Positions 27,984 to 37,295 of a stretch of DNA of 64,000 nucleotides are shown here, piece after piece (position 1 is the first letter of the stretch; each line of letters starts with the position of its first letter). The stretch is from the NCBI GenBank assembly GCA_018335335.1, contig JAGXKG010000001.1:253600-317599 (forward strand), in the 5' to 3' direction. The position numbers and the translations under genes were made by a program. The notes beneath the pieces are model-generated. The model was not told where the DNA came from and ran no database searches. It saw only the letters and a list, made by a program, of their open reading frames with translations. This DNA comes from Candidatus Thorarchaeota archaeon (lineage in GTDB: Archaea; Asgardarchaeota; Thorarchaeia; Thorarchaeales; Thorarchaeaceae).

Positions 27984-30656
27984 ATGCGAGTCAAGCTCCT
28001 GCTATCCGTTCAAATATCATGTCTTGTCCTTCTAGCTTTCGTTATGCCAGTTTCAGCCTTCTATTTTCAACTTGATTACTTCCAGACAGATCAGCTGGTT
28101 TATGAAGTGGGAGAAACCATTGAAATGGCCGCCAAGCTTACTGCAGATTTTGGAAGTGATGGTTGGTGTTATGTTTCATTTACTGTGTCTGAAGATTCAC
28201 GACAAATCTACGAAGACGCCTATTTCATTCCTCCTTCTCCCGAACCAAGAGTTCTTCAGTCTTCTTTTGTATTAACGTCCAATACCGTTTCACCAGGTAT
28301 GAATGGCAGTACTGGACATGCGATGTTTGATGTTGAAATGTATGACAAGTACACTCATGGTGAAAGTGAAACCATTCAAATCAACTTTACAAGAGGCGAG
28401 CTATTGGCTTCACCAATCAATCCACTCGAATTCGAATATGGATTGAATCATACATTTGTATTCAAATTAGGATCTAGATACAATCAGGACGTGTTTGAGG
28501 ATGACGTTCCCGTTATGGCAAATCTATATGACTCTGGCAATCGATGTGTTGGCAACTGGTTACCGTCAGTAAATGCCACCGGCCATATCCATTTCGACCT
28601 CAATAATGCAAGTCTTCCGACAGGGGATTACAACTTACGTCTAGAAACTAATGGTACTGATTCATTTGTTCCTTTCTCTAATTCATTTATTGTGTCTATT
28701 TTACCTGCAAACTCCTCACTTACTGTTCTATCTGCAGACTCATCTGTATACTGTCTATCTTCTGACGGAACACATTCCGATTCTGCAAATATAGTTGTTC
28801 AACATCTTAATGGAGAAAACAACCCAATCACTGATAGCTCACTTACATGGTCAACCGCCTTTTCAAGCGGAACAATGAACTCCCTACAGGATGGCAAATA
28901 TAACTGTTCCATTCCCTTTGAAGTTGCTCCTGGTAACTATAGCATCATTATTCATGCAACCAATCCAAGCTATACGTCTGTAAATGTGAGCTTGATAATC
29001 GAAGCTGAAACTCGCCCTATTGACTTTAATATTTCACTAAAAGATAAGGCGCTGGCAGGAAAAAGTGTTGAATTCATCTTATCTGTCCAGGATTTGTTGG
29101 CTAATGAAAACGTGGCAAACCATCCTCTTTTCTTAGAGCTAATGAACAACAACTACTCCATATCTACACCTTTGTTATATACAAACGAATCCGGGATTTT
29201 GTGTTACAACTTCTCGATTCCCCAAGAAATGTGGGGTTCAAGCTCTCTTTTCATCATCTCTAATGAATCAGCATTCTATACTAACAACAACTTCTCCCAT
29301 AGTTTCACTATCTATTATCTTCCCATCATTATAACACAAAATGTGACACAGGCTTTTTTGGATAGCGAAATAGCAATGAATACAACAGTCTTAAATCCAC
29401 TCTATATGCCCGTTTCCGAAATTCAGATTGTAGTAACCGATTGTCGAAACAATACTTTGACGACGGCTTTCACTGACCTCGAAGGCATAGCTAACCTCAG
29501 CTGGAGAGTGAACTCATCCTACTCAACTGGCCCATATGATTTTTGCTTTCACTTAGCATCTTCCCCCGCCAAGTATTCTGAAGAACGAATGTACTGGCAT
29601 ACAATCAATCTCTACCACCCACTAGTTTTCAATTTACAGAATCATTCTCTAGAAACTCTTAGGAACTCAACTTTGACCTTCTCCTTTCAAGTAGATTCTG
29701 AGAATACATATTCTACTTCCGTCGACATTCTACTAACCAACTATGATATCCGTTGCAATCTATCAATCGAAATCTCTACGAGTTCAGCGAAAAATGCAAG
29801 CTTGAAAATACCCACCAATATTTCTTTAGGCCCACACCAAATCAGTTATGAATCGCTCAACACAAGCTACAAGTTCAGAAATCCTTCCTATTTCACTTTG
29901 ATAGTAATAGAAAAAATGAATGCAAGCTGTTCGGATTTTCAAGCTACGTATAACAATGAACTATCATTTGACCTGCTAACGGTTGATTGGGATAATACAA
30001 GCATATCTACAGTGTATGTTACTGCAGAAATTGGAGGGGTACGGATTGCAACCAACATCTTGGCAAACCTGACTCAAACTCCCAACGTTCAAATCAGCTT
30101 GCCTTTGCGTCTTCCTCCGGGACAGCATCAGCTTTTGTTAAATGTTTGTCACCCTTATCGAGTCAATCAGACTATATCTACACAGATAGTCATATGGATG
30201 GAGACACGTATTACAATTACTACACTCGAAGTTCAAGAATTATATGCATCATCTCCTGCTATAACTCAGGATACTCTACGCAATATCTCAGATGGATCTA
30301 TCACGCGCCCTCCACCAATCTTTCTCAATGGCTCCACATCAACTACCCCTTCAGTTGCCCGAGACACCTCTCGACTCAATTGTCCTAAGCTCAGCTCAGG
30401 AACCAATAGTTGTTCTACTGTGGATGCAAAATCCAAAACCTCATCATCCGGGAATGGCCAGACTGTTCTAAGCCTCAGAGATTTTAATGAAGATTGTTCA
30501 TGGTTTTCTGCAATTACTTGTTCTACTGTTCTTGAAGTACACCCAAATGAGATTATGCCCCATTCCGCTTTCTCAGGACCTGTGACGACCGTGTCTTTCA
30601 GAAAATGGGAGTTATTCCTGATTTTCGTAGTTATTCGCCGAACCAACTCATCATGA
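27984..30656 (+). CDS. Large secreted surface glycoprotein (3' end uncertain; real gene probably ends before ~30266)
   Basis: 890-aa ORF; signal peptide MRVKLLLSVQISCLVLLAFVMPVSA; very dense N-x-S/T sequons; last ~130 codons are low-complexity and antisense to korA, so likely read-through. Confidence 0.5.
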   Translation: MRVKLLLSVQISCLVLLAFVMPVSAFYFQLDYFQTDQLVYEVGETIEMAAKLTADFGSDGWCYVSFTVSEDSRQIYEDAYFIPPSPEPRVLQSSFVLTSNTVSPGMNGSTGHAMFDVEMYDKYTHGESETIQINFTRGELLASPINPLEFEYGLNHTFVFKLGSRYNQDVFEDDVPVMANLYDSGNRCVGNWLPSVNATGHIHFDLNNASLPTGDYNLRLETNGTDSFVPFSNSFIVSILPANSSLTVLSADSSVYCLSSDGTHSDSANIVVQHLNGENNPITDSSLTWSTAFSSGTMNSLQDGKYNCSIPFEVAPGNYSIIIHATNPSYTSVNVSLIIEAETRPIDFNISLKDKALAGKSVEFILSVQDLLANENVANHPLFLELMNNNYSISTPLLYTNESGILCYNFSIPQEMWGSSSLFIISNESAFYTNNNFSHSFTIYYLPIIITQNVTQAFLDSEIAMNTTVLNPLYMPVSEIQIVVTDCRNNTLTTAFTDLEGIANLSWRVNSSYSTGPYDFCFHLASSPAKYSEERMYWHTINLYHPLVFNLQNHSLETLRNSTLTFSFQVDSENTYSTSVDILLTNYDIRCNLSIEISTSSAKNASLKIPTNISLGPHQISYESLNTSYKFRNPSYFTLIVIEKMNASCSDFQATYNNELSFDLLTVDWDNTSISTVYVTAEIGGVRIATNILANLTQTPNVQISLPLRLPPGQHQLLLNVCHPYRVNQTISTQIVIWMETRITITTLEVQELYASSPAITQDTLRNISDGSITRPPPIFLNGSTSTTPSVARDTSRLNCPKLSSGTNSCSTVDAKSKTSSSGNGQTVLSLRDFNEDCSWFSAITCSTVLEVHPNEIMPHSAFSGPVTTVSFRKWELFLIFVVIRRTNSS

Positions 30657-31501
30657 ACTTCCGGGTCTGCAGTTTCCCTGAATCCTTTTCTATCGTGAGT
30701 TGATCCAGTTATTAGCAATTTGTGCCCATCCCCAAATCTTGGCATAATCGAATGTCCTGTGTTGTCTACTGTTCCGAATGGTAAGTCACCTTCCTTGGCC
30801 AGTTTTCGTGATACAGTCCTATCTATTGTATCATCAATTTGCACCCTCTCTCTGGAATGTGCGACCACTTCGTCAGCCAAGATAATTACTGGATGTCTTA
30901 GTTTTTCGGCAATTTCAAATCCTCTGATTGTAAGATTATACATTTCTTGCGCAGAATTAGGAGCTAGGACAACACTTTCGTGATCTCCATGTGTGCCCCA
31001 CCTAGATTGCATCAAATCTCCTTGAGCTGCCTTGGTAGCTTGACCCGTACTGGGACCTGTTCTCTGAACGTTTACTATAACACATGGTGTCTCAGTCATA
31101 ATTGCATATCCGAGATTCTCCTGCATCAAACTGAAACCGGGCCCTGAGGTGGCAGTCATCGACATTTTTCCACCCCATGAAGCCCCTATAATCGCTGAGA
31201 TGGCGCCCATCTCGTCTTCCATTTGAAGATATACGCCATCTTCTTCAGGGAGTCTTTCCGACATTACCTCTGCAATTTCAGACGCGGGGGTTATCGGATA
31301 TCCCGAAAAGAAGCGACAACCTGCAGCGAGAGCCCCTTCAGCACAGGCTTTGTTACCTTGCCAAAAATTTACTGAAAGGTTCTTAGAAGACATTGATGTG
31401 ACACTCAGAAAATGGTTTGATGCGAGAACTAGATAAGGCTTCACATGGTGGCCATCTATTGATTCTTTCCTAGGCACGGATTCATCTTCTTGGATATCCA
31501 A
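30266..31501 (-). CDS. korA: 2-oxoacid:ferredoxin oxidoreductase alpha subunit (KorA/PorA type), no adjacent beta subunit
   Basis: GNKACAEGALAAGCRFFSGYPITPASEI N-terminus, QRTGPSTGQATK, C-terminal domain III; true start probably internal Met (MSSKNLS...). Confidence 0.8.
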   Translation of the reverse strand: MDIQEDESVPRKESIDGHHVKPYLVLASNHFLSVTSMSSKNLSVNFWQGNKACAEGALAAGCRFFSGYPITPASEIAEVMSERLPEEDGVYLQMEDEMGAISAIIGASWGGKMSMTATSGPGFSLMQENLGYAIMTETPCVIVNVQRTGPSTGQATKAAQGDLMQSRWGTHGDHESVVLAPNSAQEMYNLTIRGFEIAEKLRHPVIILADEVVAHSRERVQIDDTIDRTVSRKLAKEGDLPFGTVDNTGHSIMPRFGDGHKLLITGSTHDRKGFRETADPEVHDELVRRITTKIRNNSHFLKDTVVTGPEKAEWGIISFGCTSRTVEQVIAENHEQSSLKSLRLRTVWPFPDDEVLDFASTVEQLLVPELSLGQLSREVSRATEGVVDVEPLRKIGGGRVIDPSEILRRVS

Positions 31502-31554
31502 TCATTAGTGTCTTTCGATATGCTTTTATCACAATCCCGAATTCTGCTATTTTG

Positions 31555-31655
31555 GCGGCCGTGGTCTAGCATGGTTAGGACTGAAGCTTCCCAAGCTTCC
31601 GACCCGAGACGGGAATGCAATTTCCGCGGGAATTCAAATCCCGGCGGCCGCACCA
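31555..31655 (+). tRNA. tRNA with 23-24-nt insertion in variable/T region; best reading tRNA-Gly (CCC); CCA encoded
   Basis: Canonical 5' half: acceptor GCGGCCG/CGGCCGC, U8, D-arm GUCU-AGCAUGGUUA-GGAC, anticodon arm GAAGC-UUCCCAA-GCUUC; 3' T-loop UUCAAAUCCCGG present; an extra segment with direct repeat CGGGAAU and a second hairpin (CGGGA-AUGCAAU-UUCCG, GCA) lies between. Confidence 0.6.
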
Positions 31656-31844
31656 TTTTCGTTTTTCGTCATCTTTAAGGGAACACCCTCTACAGATTAC
31701 TAGGCGAGTGATGACTGTTATGACCCCAATGAGTCTTCTTGACGATGATATGGATCTTGAGTGAGGAACTCGCCACTAATACTTTCGGTCACCTCCTATA
31801 TCAGTATTCGATTAAACGTATAAACCGCAAAATGCTTTTAAGTA

Positions 31845-33068
31845 TTGAACCTTCAAAATTCTTTGAATGTAATGCCAGTAGATTTTGTTGAAGATGAACT
31901 TGGTAGACATACAGTATTCAAGTCGGAGCAATATCTATCAATAGATTATGTACCAGAGACCTTGCCTCATCGAGAGAATGAGCTTAGGACACTAGCTCGG
32001 AGCTTCAAAACCCTGATAACCTCACCTGGGAAAACAAGCCACAAATTCATAATTGAAGGTCCTGTTGGTACTGGTAAAACCGCCGTTACAAAACGCTTTG
32101 CGGAGCAAATGCTTCGTGCTGCGAGAAGAAGAAACATTCATCTCCACAAAATACATGTAAATTGCAGAGTAAACAAGAGCAAATACTTGGTCTATCTGCG
32201 AATCCTCAAGGAATTCAAACCCAAATTCCCTCGGAGAGGGCATTCCCCCGAGGAGCTTCTTCAACTGATAATGGATGTTCTTGATTCTGAAGATAGGTAC
32301 CTTCTGCTTATCCTTGACGAGCTTGACTATTTCATAACACAAAAGGGTGGAAGCATAGTCTACGATTTAACGCGTTTGAATGACAATCGCCTCAATTCTC
32401 CCCAAAGGCTTTCAATGATTGGCATCGGGCGGGACATACCTCTAGATGAATCCGCATTCGATTCTAGTACATTGAGTACTTTGCAGCGCAATATTCTACG
32501 GTTTGAGAAATATAACTCAGAAGCACTTTACGACATCGTTAGTCAGCGGTCAGAAATGGCCTTCAAAGACAATACTGTAATGGAAGAAACCCTTCAGGTT
32601 ATTTCTGACATAGCTTCTGAACGTGGTGATGCCAGATACGCCATAGAGATTCTTTGGCGTGCTGGAAAACAGGCTGATACAGAGCGTTCTGATGTTGTGA
32701 TACCGGATTTTGCACGAAAGGCTAAAGCTGATACACACCCGGAGCTAAGAATGGAGGTTTTCTCAACTCTGCCACTACAGAATAAGCTTCTATTGTTGGC
32801 TGCAGCACGCCAGTTGAAAGAAGTACGAAGTGCATATGTAACAATGGGTGAAGTTGAAGAGATGTATCGAACTATTTGTGAAGAATATGATGAAGCCCCC
32901 CGTGCGCATACTCAGATTTGGGAATGGGTTCAGGATTTGAATGCACATGGCGTGATTGACACAAAACGATCCGGTGAAGGACAACGTGGGCAGACAACAC
33001 TCATTGGTCTCTCAGATGTGCCTGCAGGAATGCTGGAAGCATTTTTGCTCGACTTCTTGAATGAATAG
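31845..33068 (+). CDS. orc1/cdc6: Orc1/Cdc6 replication initiator
   Basis: 407 aa; AAA+ Walker A GPVGTGKT, Walker B LILDELD, sensor motifs, C-terminal winged helix. Confidence 0.9.
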   Translation: MNLQNSLNVMPVDFVEDELGRHTVFKSEQYLSIDYVPETLPHRENELRTLARSFKTLITSPGKTSHKFIIEGPVGTGKTAVTKRFAEQMLRAARRRNIHLHKIHVNCRVNKSKYLVYLRILKEFKPKFPRRGHSPEELLQLIMDVLDSEDRYLLLILDELDYFITQKGGSIVYDLTRLNDNRLNSPQRLSMIGIGRDIPLDESAFDSSTLSTLQRNILRFEKYNSEALYDIVSQRSEMAFKDNTVMEETLQVISDIASERGDARYAIEILWRAGKQADTERSDVVIPDFARKAKADTHPELRMEVFSTLPLQNKLLLLAAARQLKEVRSAYVTMGEVEEMYRTICEEYDEAPRAHTQIWEWVQDLNAHGVIDTKRSGEGQRGQTTLIGLSDVPAGMLEAFLLDFLNE

Positions 33069-33086
33069 GGGGCTTATGCTTCTACT

Positions 33087-33371
33087 ATGACTACCAATCA
33101 TGAATCCGACCTGCCAATTGAGGAGGTATTTTCATCCAAAGGTAGAATGAAAATCATCAAAGAACTTGCCCTTTCTCAGGAACTCAACATTTCAGAGCTC
33201 TGTAAGAGAGTTAGCTTGAACCATAGCACAACAAAATCTCATTTAGAAGCCCTTATGGATGCTGACCTAGTAGAAGAGAAGGTTTTCGGAAGAATCAAGA
33301 TTTATCGATATAGAATCGAAGATCTCCGAGCTCGCTCTATTAAGAATCTTATCGACCTCTGGCGGTCTTAG
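33087..33371 (+). CDS. Winged-helix transcriptional regulator (ArsR/TrmB-like)
   Basis: 94 aa; HTH region MKIIKELALSQELNISELCKRVSLNHSTTKSHLEAL. Confidence 0.6.
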   Translation: MTTNHESDLPIEEVFSSKGRMKIIKELALSQELNISELCKRVSLNHSTTKSHLEALMDADLVEEKVFGRIKIYRYRIEDLRARSIKNLIDLWRS

Positions 33372-33385
33372 TGGGTGAGTATTGA

Positions 33386-34195
33386 ATGAGCTCATACTTA
33401 GTTCGTGTTTTCTACCTCGGAAACCGTTATCATGGTTCACAAATACAACCTAATCTAGCAACCATTCAAGGGGAGCTCATTCGTGCCTTTTGTGATTGGA
33501 GTGGTGAAGAACATACAGCAAAAACAATACAGCTTGCCGGGAGAACAGATCGTGGTGTTCATAGTCTAGGCCAAATCGGCATTGTAAACACGAAGAAGAC
33601 CTTGGAACTTGAAGAAGTGAATAGAATCCTTCCTGATGATATAGTTCTCTGGGCAGCTTCTGAAGCGCCCCCGAACTTCAATGTACGTTATGACATTCTA
33701 CTTCGACATTACAGATACTATTGGTCATCCAGTGAACAACTTGATGTCACGAAAATGAAGAAAGCTGCTCAGCAGTTAGTGGGCACTCATGATTTTTCAC
33801 GTCTCTCCAAACCCGACCCAAATCGTACCAACATCTCCACCATCCTAAATATCGCTGTCACAAACCAAGATGACCTCTTCGTAACTGATATACACGGAAC
33901 CAATTTTTTGTGGAAAATGGTTCGGAAGATTGTTAGCTTATTAATCGAAATTGGAATGCATAAGATGAACCCTTCAATCATTGGAAAACTGTTATCAGGA
34001 CAGGGTATTTCGGGGGGAATCCATCCTGCGCCCCCAGAATGCCTTGTTCTGATGGAATCGGTGGTACCTCTCGAAATGAAATCGAATATCAGTGCTCTAT
34101 ATCGAATTCGCGGAAAGATTCGCGATTACCGAGACATGCTTCACCGCGTGACTAGAACTCTAAATGGCCTCAATGACGATTTGCCATTTTCCTAA
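33386..34195 (+). CDS. truA: tRNA pseudouridine(38-40) synthase TruA/Pus1 family
   Basis: 269 aa; catalytic GRTDRGVHS motif; overall TruA architecture. Confidence 0.85.
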   Translation: MSSYLVRVFYLGNRYHGSQIQPNLATIQGELIRAFCDWSGEEHTAKTIQLAGRTDRGVHSLGQIGIVNTKKTLELEEVNRILPDDIVLWAASEAPPNFNVRYDILLRHYRYYWSSSEQLDVTKMKKAAQQLVGTHDFSRLSKPDPNRTNISTILNIAVTNQDDLFVTDIHGTNFLWKMVRKIVSLLIEIGMHKMNPSIIGKLLSGQGISGGIHPAPPECLVLMESVVPLEMKSNISALYRIRGKIRDYRDMLHRVTRTLNGLNDDLPFS

Positions 34196-35393
34196 TGCTG
34201 GTACTTTTCACATTCAGCCATTCTGAGAATTCCTTCGTTAACTTTGGATTCCGTTTAAGAATCGTACTTATGGTTTCTCCATGAGTTTTCATTACTCTGC
34301 TTGTAGAGACTCTTGATAGATTCGATATCCGGGAAAGAATATCTGAGTATTTCTTCTGGCTTCTGTTACCTTTCCAGACCATAAGTGGCCAAGAGGGTCT
34401 TGAATATTCCACGCGGCGAAATGGGGTTTCCGTTCGACTTGTTGCCATTCCTGCTGAAAGAAAATCATACACATAGGACAATAGTTTCCACTCTTGATCT
34501 CTCATTATTCTTCCTAAGAACAGGTCTGCATTAGAAACCGCATCTAGTCCTGCCTCAAGTTCATGATTCTTTCTAAGATGGAGATGAAGATTCTCTTCAA
34601 GCCAAAGCAGTAAATCGTCATAACTAGCATCTCCTTGAGATACAACTCGTCTTGCTGATTTTGTATCAGTACTCATGAATAGCCGTCTTAGTGTATCCTC
34701 CACATCCCTTCTTACATTTCTCGGAGAAACATCATTCATTCCAACTATTGATCCTGCCTTCATCACAGTTTCAAGATCTGAAATCGCAGCACGAAGATCT
34801 CCTTCAGAATTTTCCAAGATTCTTTTGATTGTTCCTTTGTTTATCTTTCCTTCGTGTGCAGAGGCTATACGGTCAAGGACTACTAACATATCTTCCGGCT
34901 CAATAGGCTTGAAATGCAAGACAAGGGATTTCTTCCTCAGTCTTTTCAGCTTCCGACTCTTGGGATCGTTCGCGGTCATAACTATAGGATGGACAGACAA
35001 ATCAAGGATCTTCTTAATTGCCCCAATACCCCCTCTGTCGCTAGTACCAGAAAGCCCATCAACCTCGTCGAGCAAAAGAAGTCTTCGTCTTCCATCAATA
35101 GTTTGTTGGGTAGCTGCTCTCCACACCTGCTTCTCTATGCTGGATTTGTTTCTCTTATCGCTGGCATTGAACTCTACTAATTCCATGTTAAGGTCATTGG
35201 CTAACGCTCCCACTGCAGCTGTCTTGCCCACACCAGGTGGTCCTATTAGTAGAGCCCCCCTTTTCCTAGGTATGTTGTTGCTCCATGACAGAATCCACCT
35301 TCTCAACTCTTGAATACTTCTAGTGTTACCAACTAGATTCTCAGTTGTTTTTGGCCTATGCATTTCTGGCCAAGGTAGACTTTCCCTACTCAT
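34170..35393 (-). CDS. rfcL: Replication factor C large subunit
   Basis: 407 aa; LLIGPPGVGKT Walker A, LLLDEVDG Walker B, arginine finger region, C-terminal extension. Confidence 0.85.
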   Translation of the reverse strand: MSRESLPWPEMHRPKTTENLVGNTRSIQELRRWILSWSNNIPRKRGALLIGPPGVGKTAAVGALANDLNMELVEFNASDKRNKSSIEKQVWRAATQQTIDGRRRLLLLDEVDGLSGTSDRGGIGAIKKILDLSVHPIVMTANDPKSRKLKRLRKKSLVLHFKPIEPEDMLVVLDRIASAHEGKINKGTIKRILENSEGDLRAAISDLETVMKAGSIVGMNDVSPRNVRRDVEDTLRRLFMSTDTKSARRVVSQGDASYDDLLLWLEENLHLHLRKNHELEAGLDAVSNADLFLGRIMRDQEWKLLSYVYDFLSAGMATSRTETPFRRVEYSRPSWPLMVWKGNRSQKKYSDILSRISNLSRVSTSRVMKTHGETISTILKRNPKLTKEFSEWLNVKSTSIRKMANRH

Positions 35394-36348
35394 CCGTACT
35401 ATTCTCCAATCCTATGTATGCTAATAAAGCTGCGAGTTGAATTTCGCCGCTGGATCCTTCCGAAATACGAAACTCCGCCTCTGCTGCTTTCTCTAATGTT
35501 GACATCGTCCTCTTTTTGGACATATCTAGACCAAGAAGTTCTCGATGAATCTGTCTAACCAAATCTATGGGTGATACACCATTCTGATAAATCAGGCTCT
35601 TCATAGAGGCAATTGCTTCTTCATATTTTCCCTCTGACGAGGATTTGAGAAGACCACGAACTTCCTTTGGACTAGCACGACCAGATATGCTGTAAACAAC
35701 AGGGCCAGTGACTTTCTCGCCAGTAGAAGAAGCTGCTTGTAAGAGATTGATCGCAGCACGCATGTCTCCATTTGCCAGATACAATATGGCCTTTATCCCT
35801 TCTTCTTCAGTACTTACATTCTCCGCATCTGCGATGTATTCCAATCTTTCTGTGATGGCTTCGTCATCTAATGGTGAAAATTTGAAAACCGCACACCTAG
35901 ACTGAATGGGTGGTATTATTCTGCTTGAATAGTTGCAAATCAAAATCATTCTGCATGAACTAGCGTATGATTCCATTGTACGTCTAAGTGCATGTTGTGC
36001 ATCTCCTGTGAGATGATCTGCTTCATCCAGAACTAGAATCTTGAAGGGTGCATCACCCGAAGGTATTGATCTTGCAAAGCTTTTGATTTGGTTTCTTACT
36101 ACATCGATTCCTCTTTCATCGCTTGCATTCAGTTCCATGAAATTGCGTCCAAAGGTATCTCCGAATAGGTCTCTAGCCATTGCCATGCCTGCTGTAGTTT
36201 TACTAGTCCCAGGCGGTCCCGCAAAAAGGCAATGGGGTACAGCCCCATTTTCCACGAATCGCATTAGTCTTTGTACAACTGTTTCTTGTCCTATGATTTC
36301 TGAAAGCGTTTTTGGGCGGTACTTCTCGGTCCAGAGATCCAGTTCCAT
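35386..36348 (-). CDS. rfcS: Replication factor C small subunit
   Basis: 320 aa; CLFAGPPGTSKTT, VLDEADHLT, SRC motif (QSRCAVFKF); no intein. Confidence 0.9.
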   Translation of the reverse strand: MELDLWTEKYRPKTLSEIIGQETVVQRLMRFVENGAVPHCLFAGPPGTSKTTAGMAMARDLFGDTFGRNFMELNASDERGIDVVRNQIKSFARSIPSGDAPFKILVLDEADHLTGDAQHALRRTMESYASSCRMILICNYSSRIIPPIQSRCAVFKFSPLDDEAITERLEYIADAENVSTEEEGIKAILYLANGDMRAAINLLQAASSTGEKVTGPVVYSISGRASPKEVRGLLKSSSEGKYEEAIASMKSLIYQNGVSPIDLVRQIHRELLGLDMSKKRTMSTLEKAAEAEFRISEGSSGEIQLAALLAYIGLENSTDE

Positions 36349-36533
36349 TACTATGTTGTCTCCTTATTTGTGAAACCAAATTCATAGATGTTAAATCTAT
36401 ACTAACTTGTATTGGAGTATTCTCTCCTGTTCCTGAATTCTAGAGTTGCTTTTTGGTCTATTGTTCTGCCAATACAGATTCACCCAATATGGGTGTTGGT
36501 TCCACCCATACCTGTGGTTTGTTTGCCCAACTT

Positions 36534-36559
36534 AAAGGCATCGTGAGAACGATGCCTTT
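36534..36559. promoter_or_regulatory. Perfect 10-bp-stem hairpin AAAGGCATCG-TGAGAA-CGATGCCTTT in divergent rfcS/GINS-like promoter region
   Basis: Perfect inverted repeat; no downstream T-tract, so not a typical archaeal terminator. Confidence 0.3.
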
Positions 36560-36624
36560 ATCCATCTATACGACGGGAATCCTTTTGTCTCTCTGGGTAC
36601 TCTCACTACCAGGAAAATGGAGGT

Positions 36625-37200
36625 TTGTATTTGATATCTGAAAATGATACTACTCGAAAGATGGTGCAAAGATACTTGATGCTTTTTCTCAACGCGAAGC
36701 GTAAGTGTATCTTCCGCCAAGATTTCGACGAACTGACAATTGGAGATTGGACGATTGGTCCTTTTAGGGCCGGTGAAGAAGCCCGCCTTCCCAATTGGAT
36801 TATTGAGAAACTCGTCTCAGATGATATTGTTGATATCGCGCCAGAGGATGCATTGGAATCCCTTAGGCGTCTACAAAATCAATATCGCGCTGAAGATAGG
36901 CATCCTCACAAGCTCCAGTCATTTCATCCGAACCTCTATGCGGCACTTGAACGCAAGATGACACGCCTCCAAAGCGACAAAACATCACTGGACCCACGAA
37001 GTTTTGATGAAATCGAGAAAATGCAGCGTATGATTCCATCATTAGTGGAGACAAGACTCTCAAAGATAATCCGAGTAGCCAAATCTGGGGCTTATCAGGA
37101 TAAGCGGGAATACATGACTATGGAAGAAAGGTGGCTTTGTGAAGAATTGGCTGAATTAATATCCTCCTGGAGAACTGCTGTTCGAGAGTGGGGCGCCTAA
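36625..37200 (+). CDS. Candidate GINS subunit (Gins51/Gins23-like), by context
   Basis: 191-aa helical protein 95 nt upstream of mcm between rfcS and mcm; archaeal gins genes are commonly linked to mcm; no strong motif. Confidence 0.35.
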   Translation: MYLISENDTTRKMVQRYLMLFLNAKRKCIFRQDFDELTIGDWTIGPFRAGEEARLPNWIIEKLVSDDIVDIAPEDALESLRRLQNQYRAEDRHPHKLQSFHPNLYAALERKMTRLQSDKTSLDPRSFDEIEKMQRMIPSLVETRLSKIIRVAKSGAYQDKREYMTMEERWLCEELAELISSWRTAVREWGA

Positions 37201-37295
37201 CACGGGTGCTTAAATACACAAACGCGAGACTAGCAAAATGCGGAGTAGTTGTAAGTCCTTGCCGCACATCTTACTATTATCTATCGAGGTGAGAA

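Noticed and set aside
36453-36794. 62-aa ORFs around the rfcS/GINS intergenic hairpin
   Set aside because: Overlap each other and the regulatory hairpin; no coding signal
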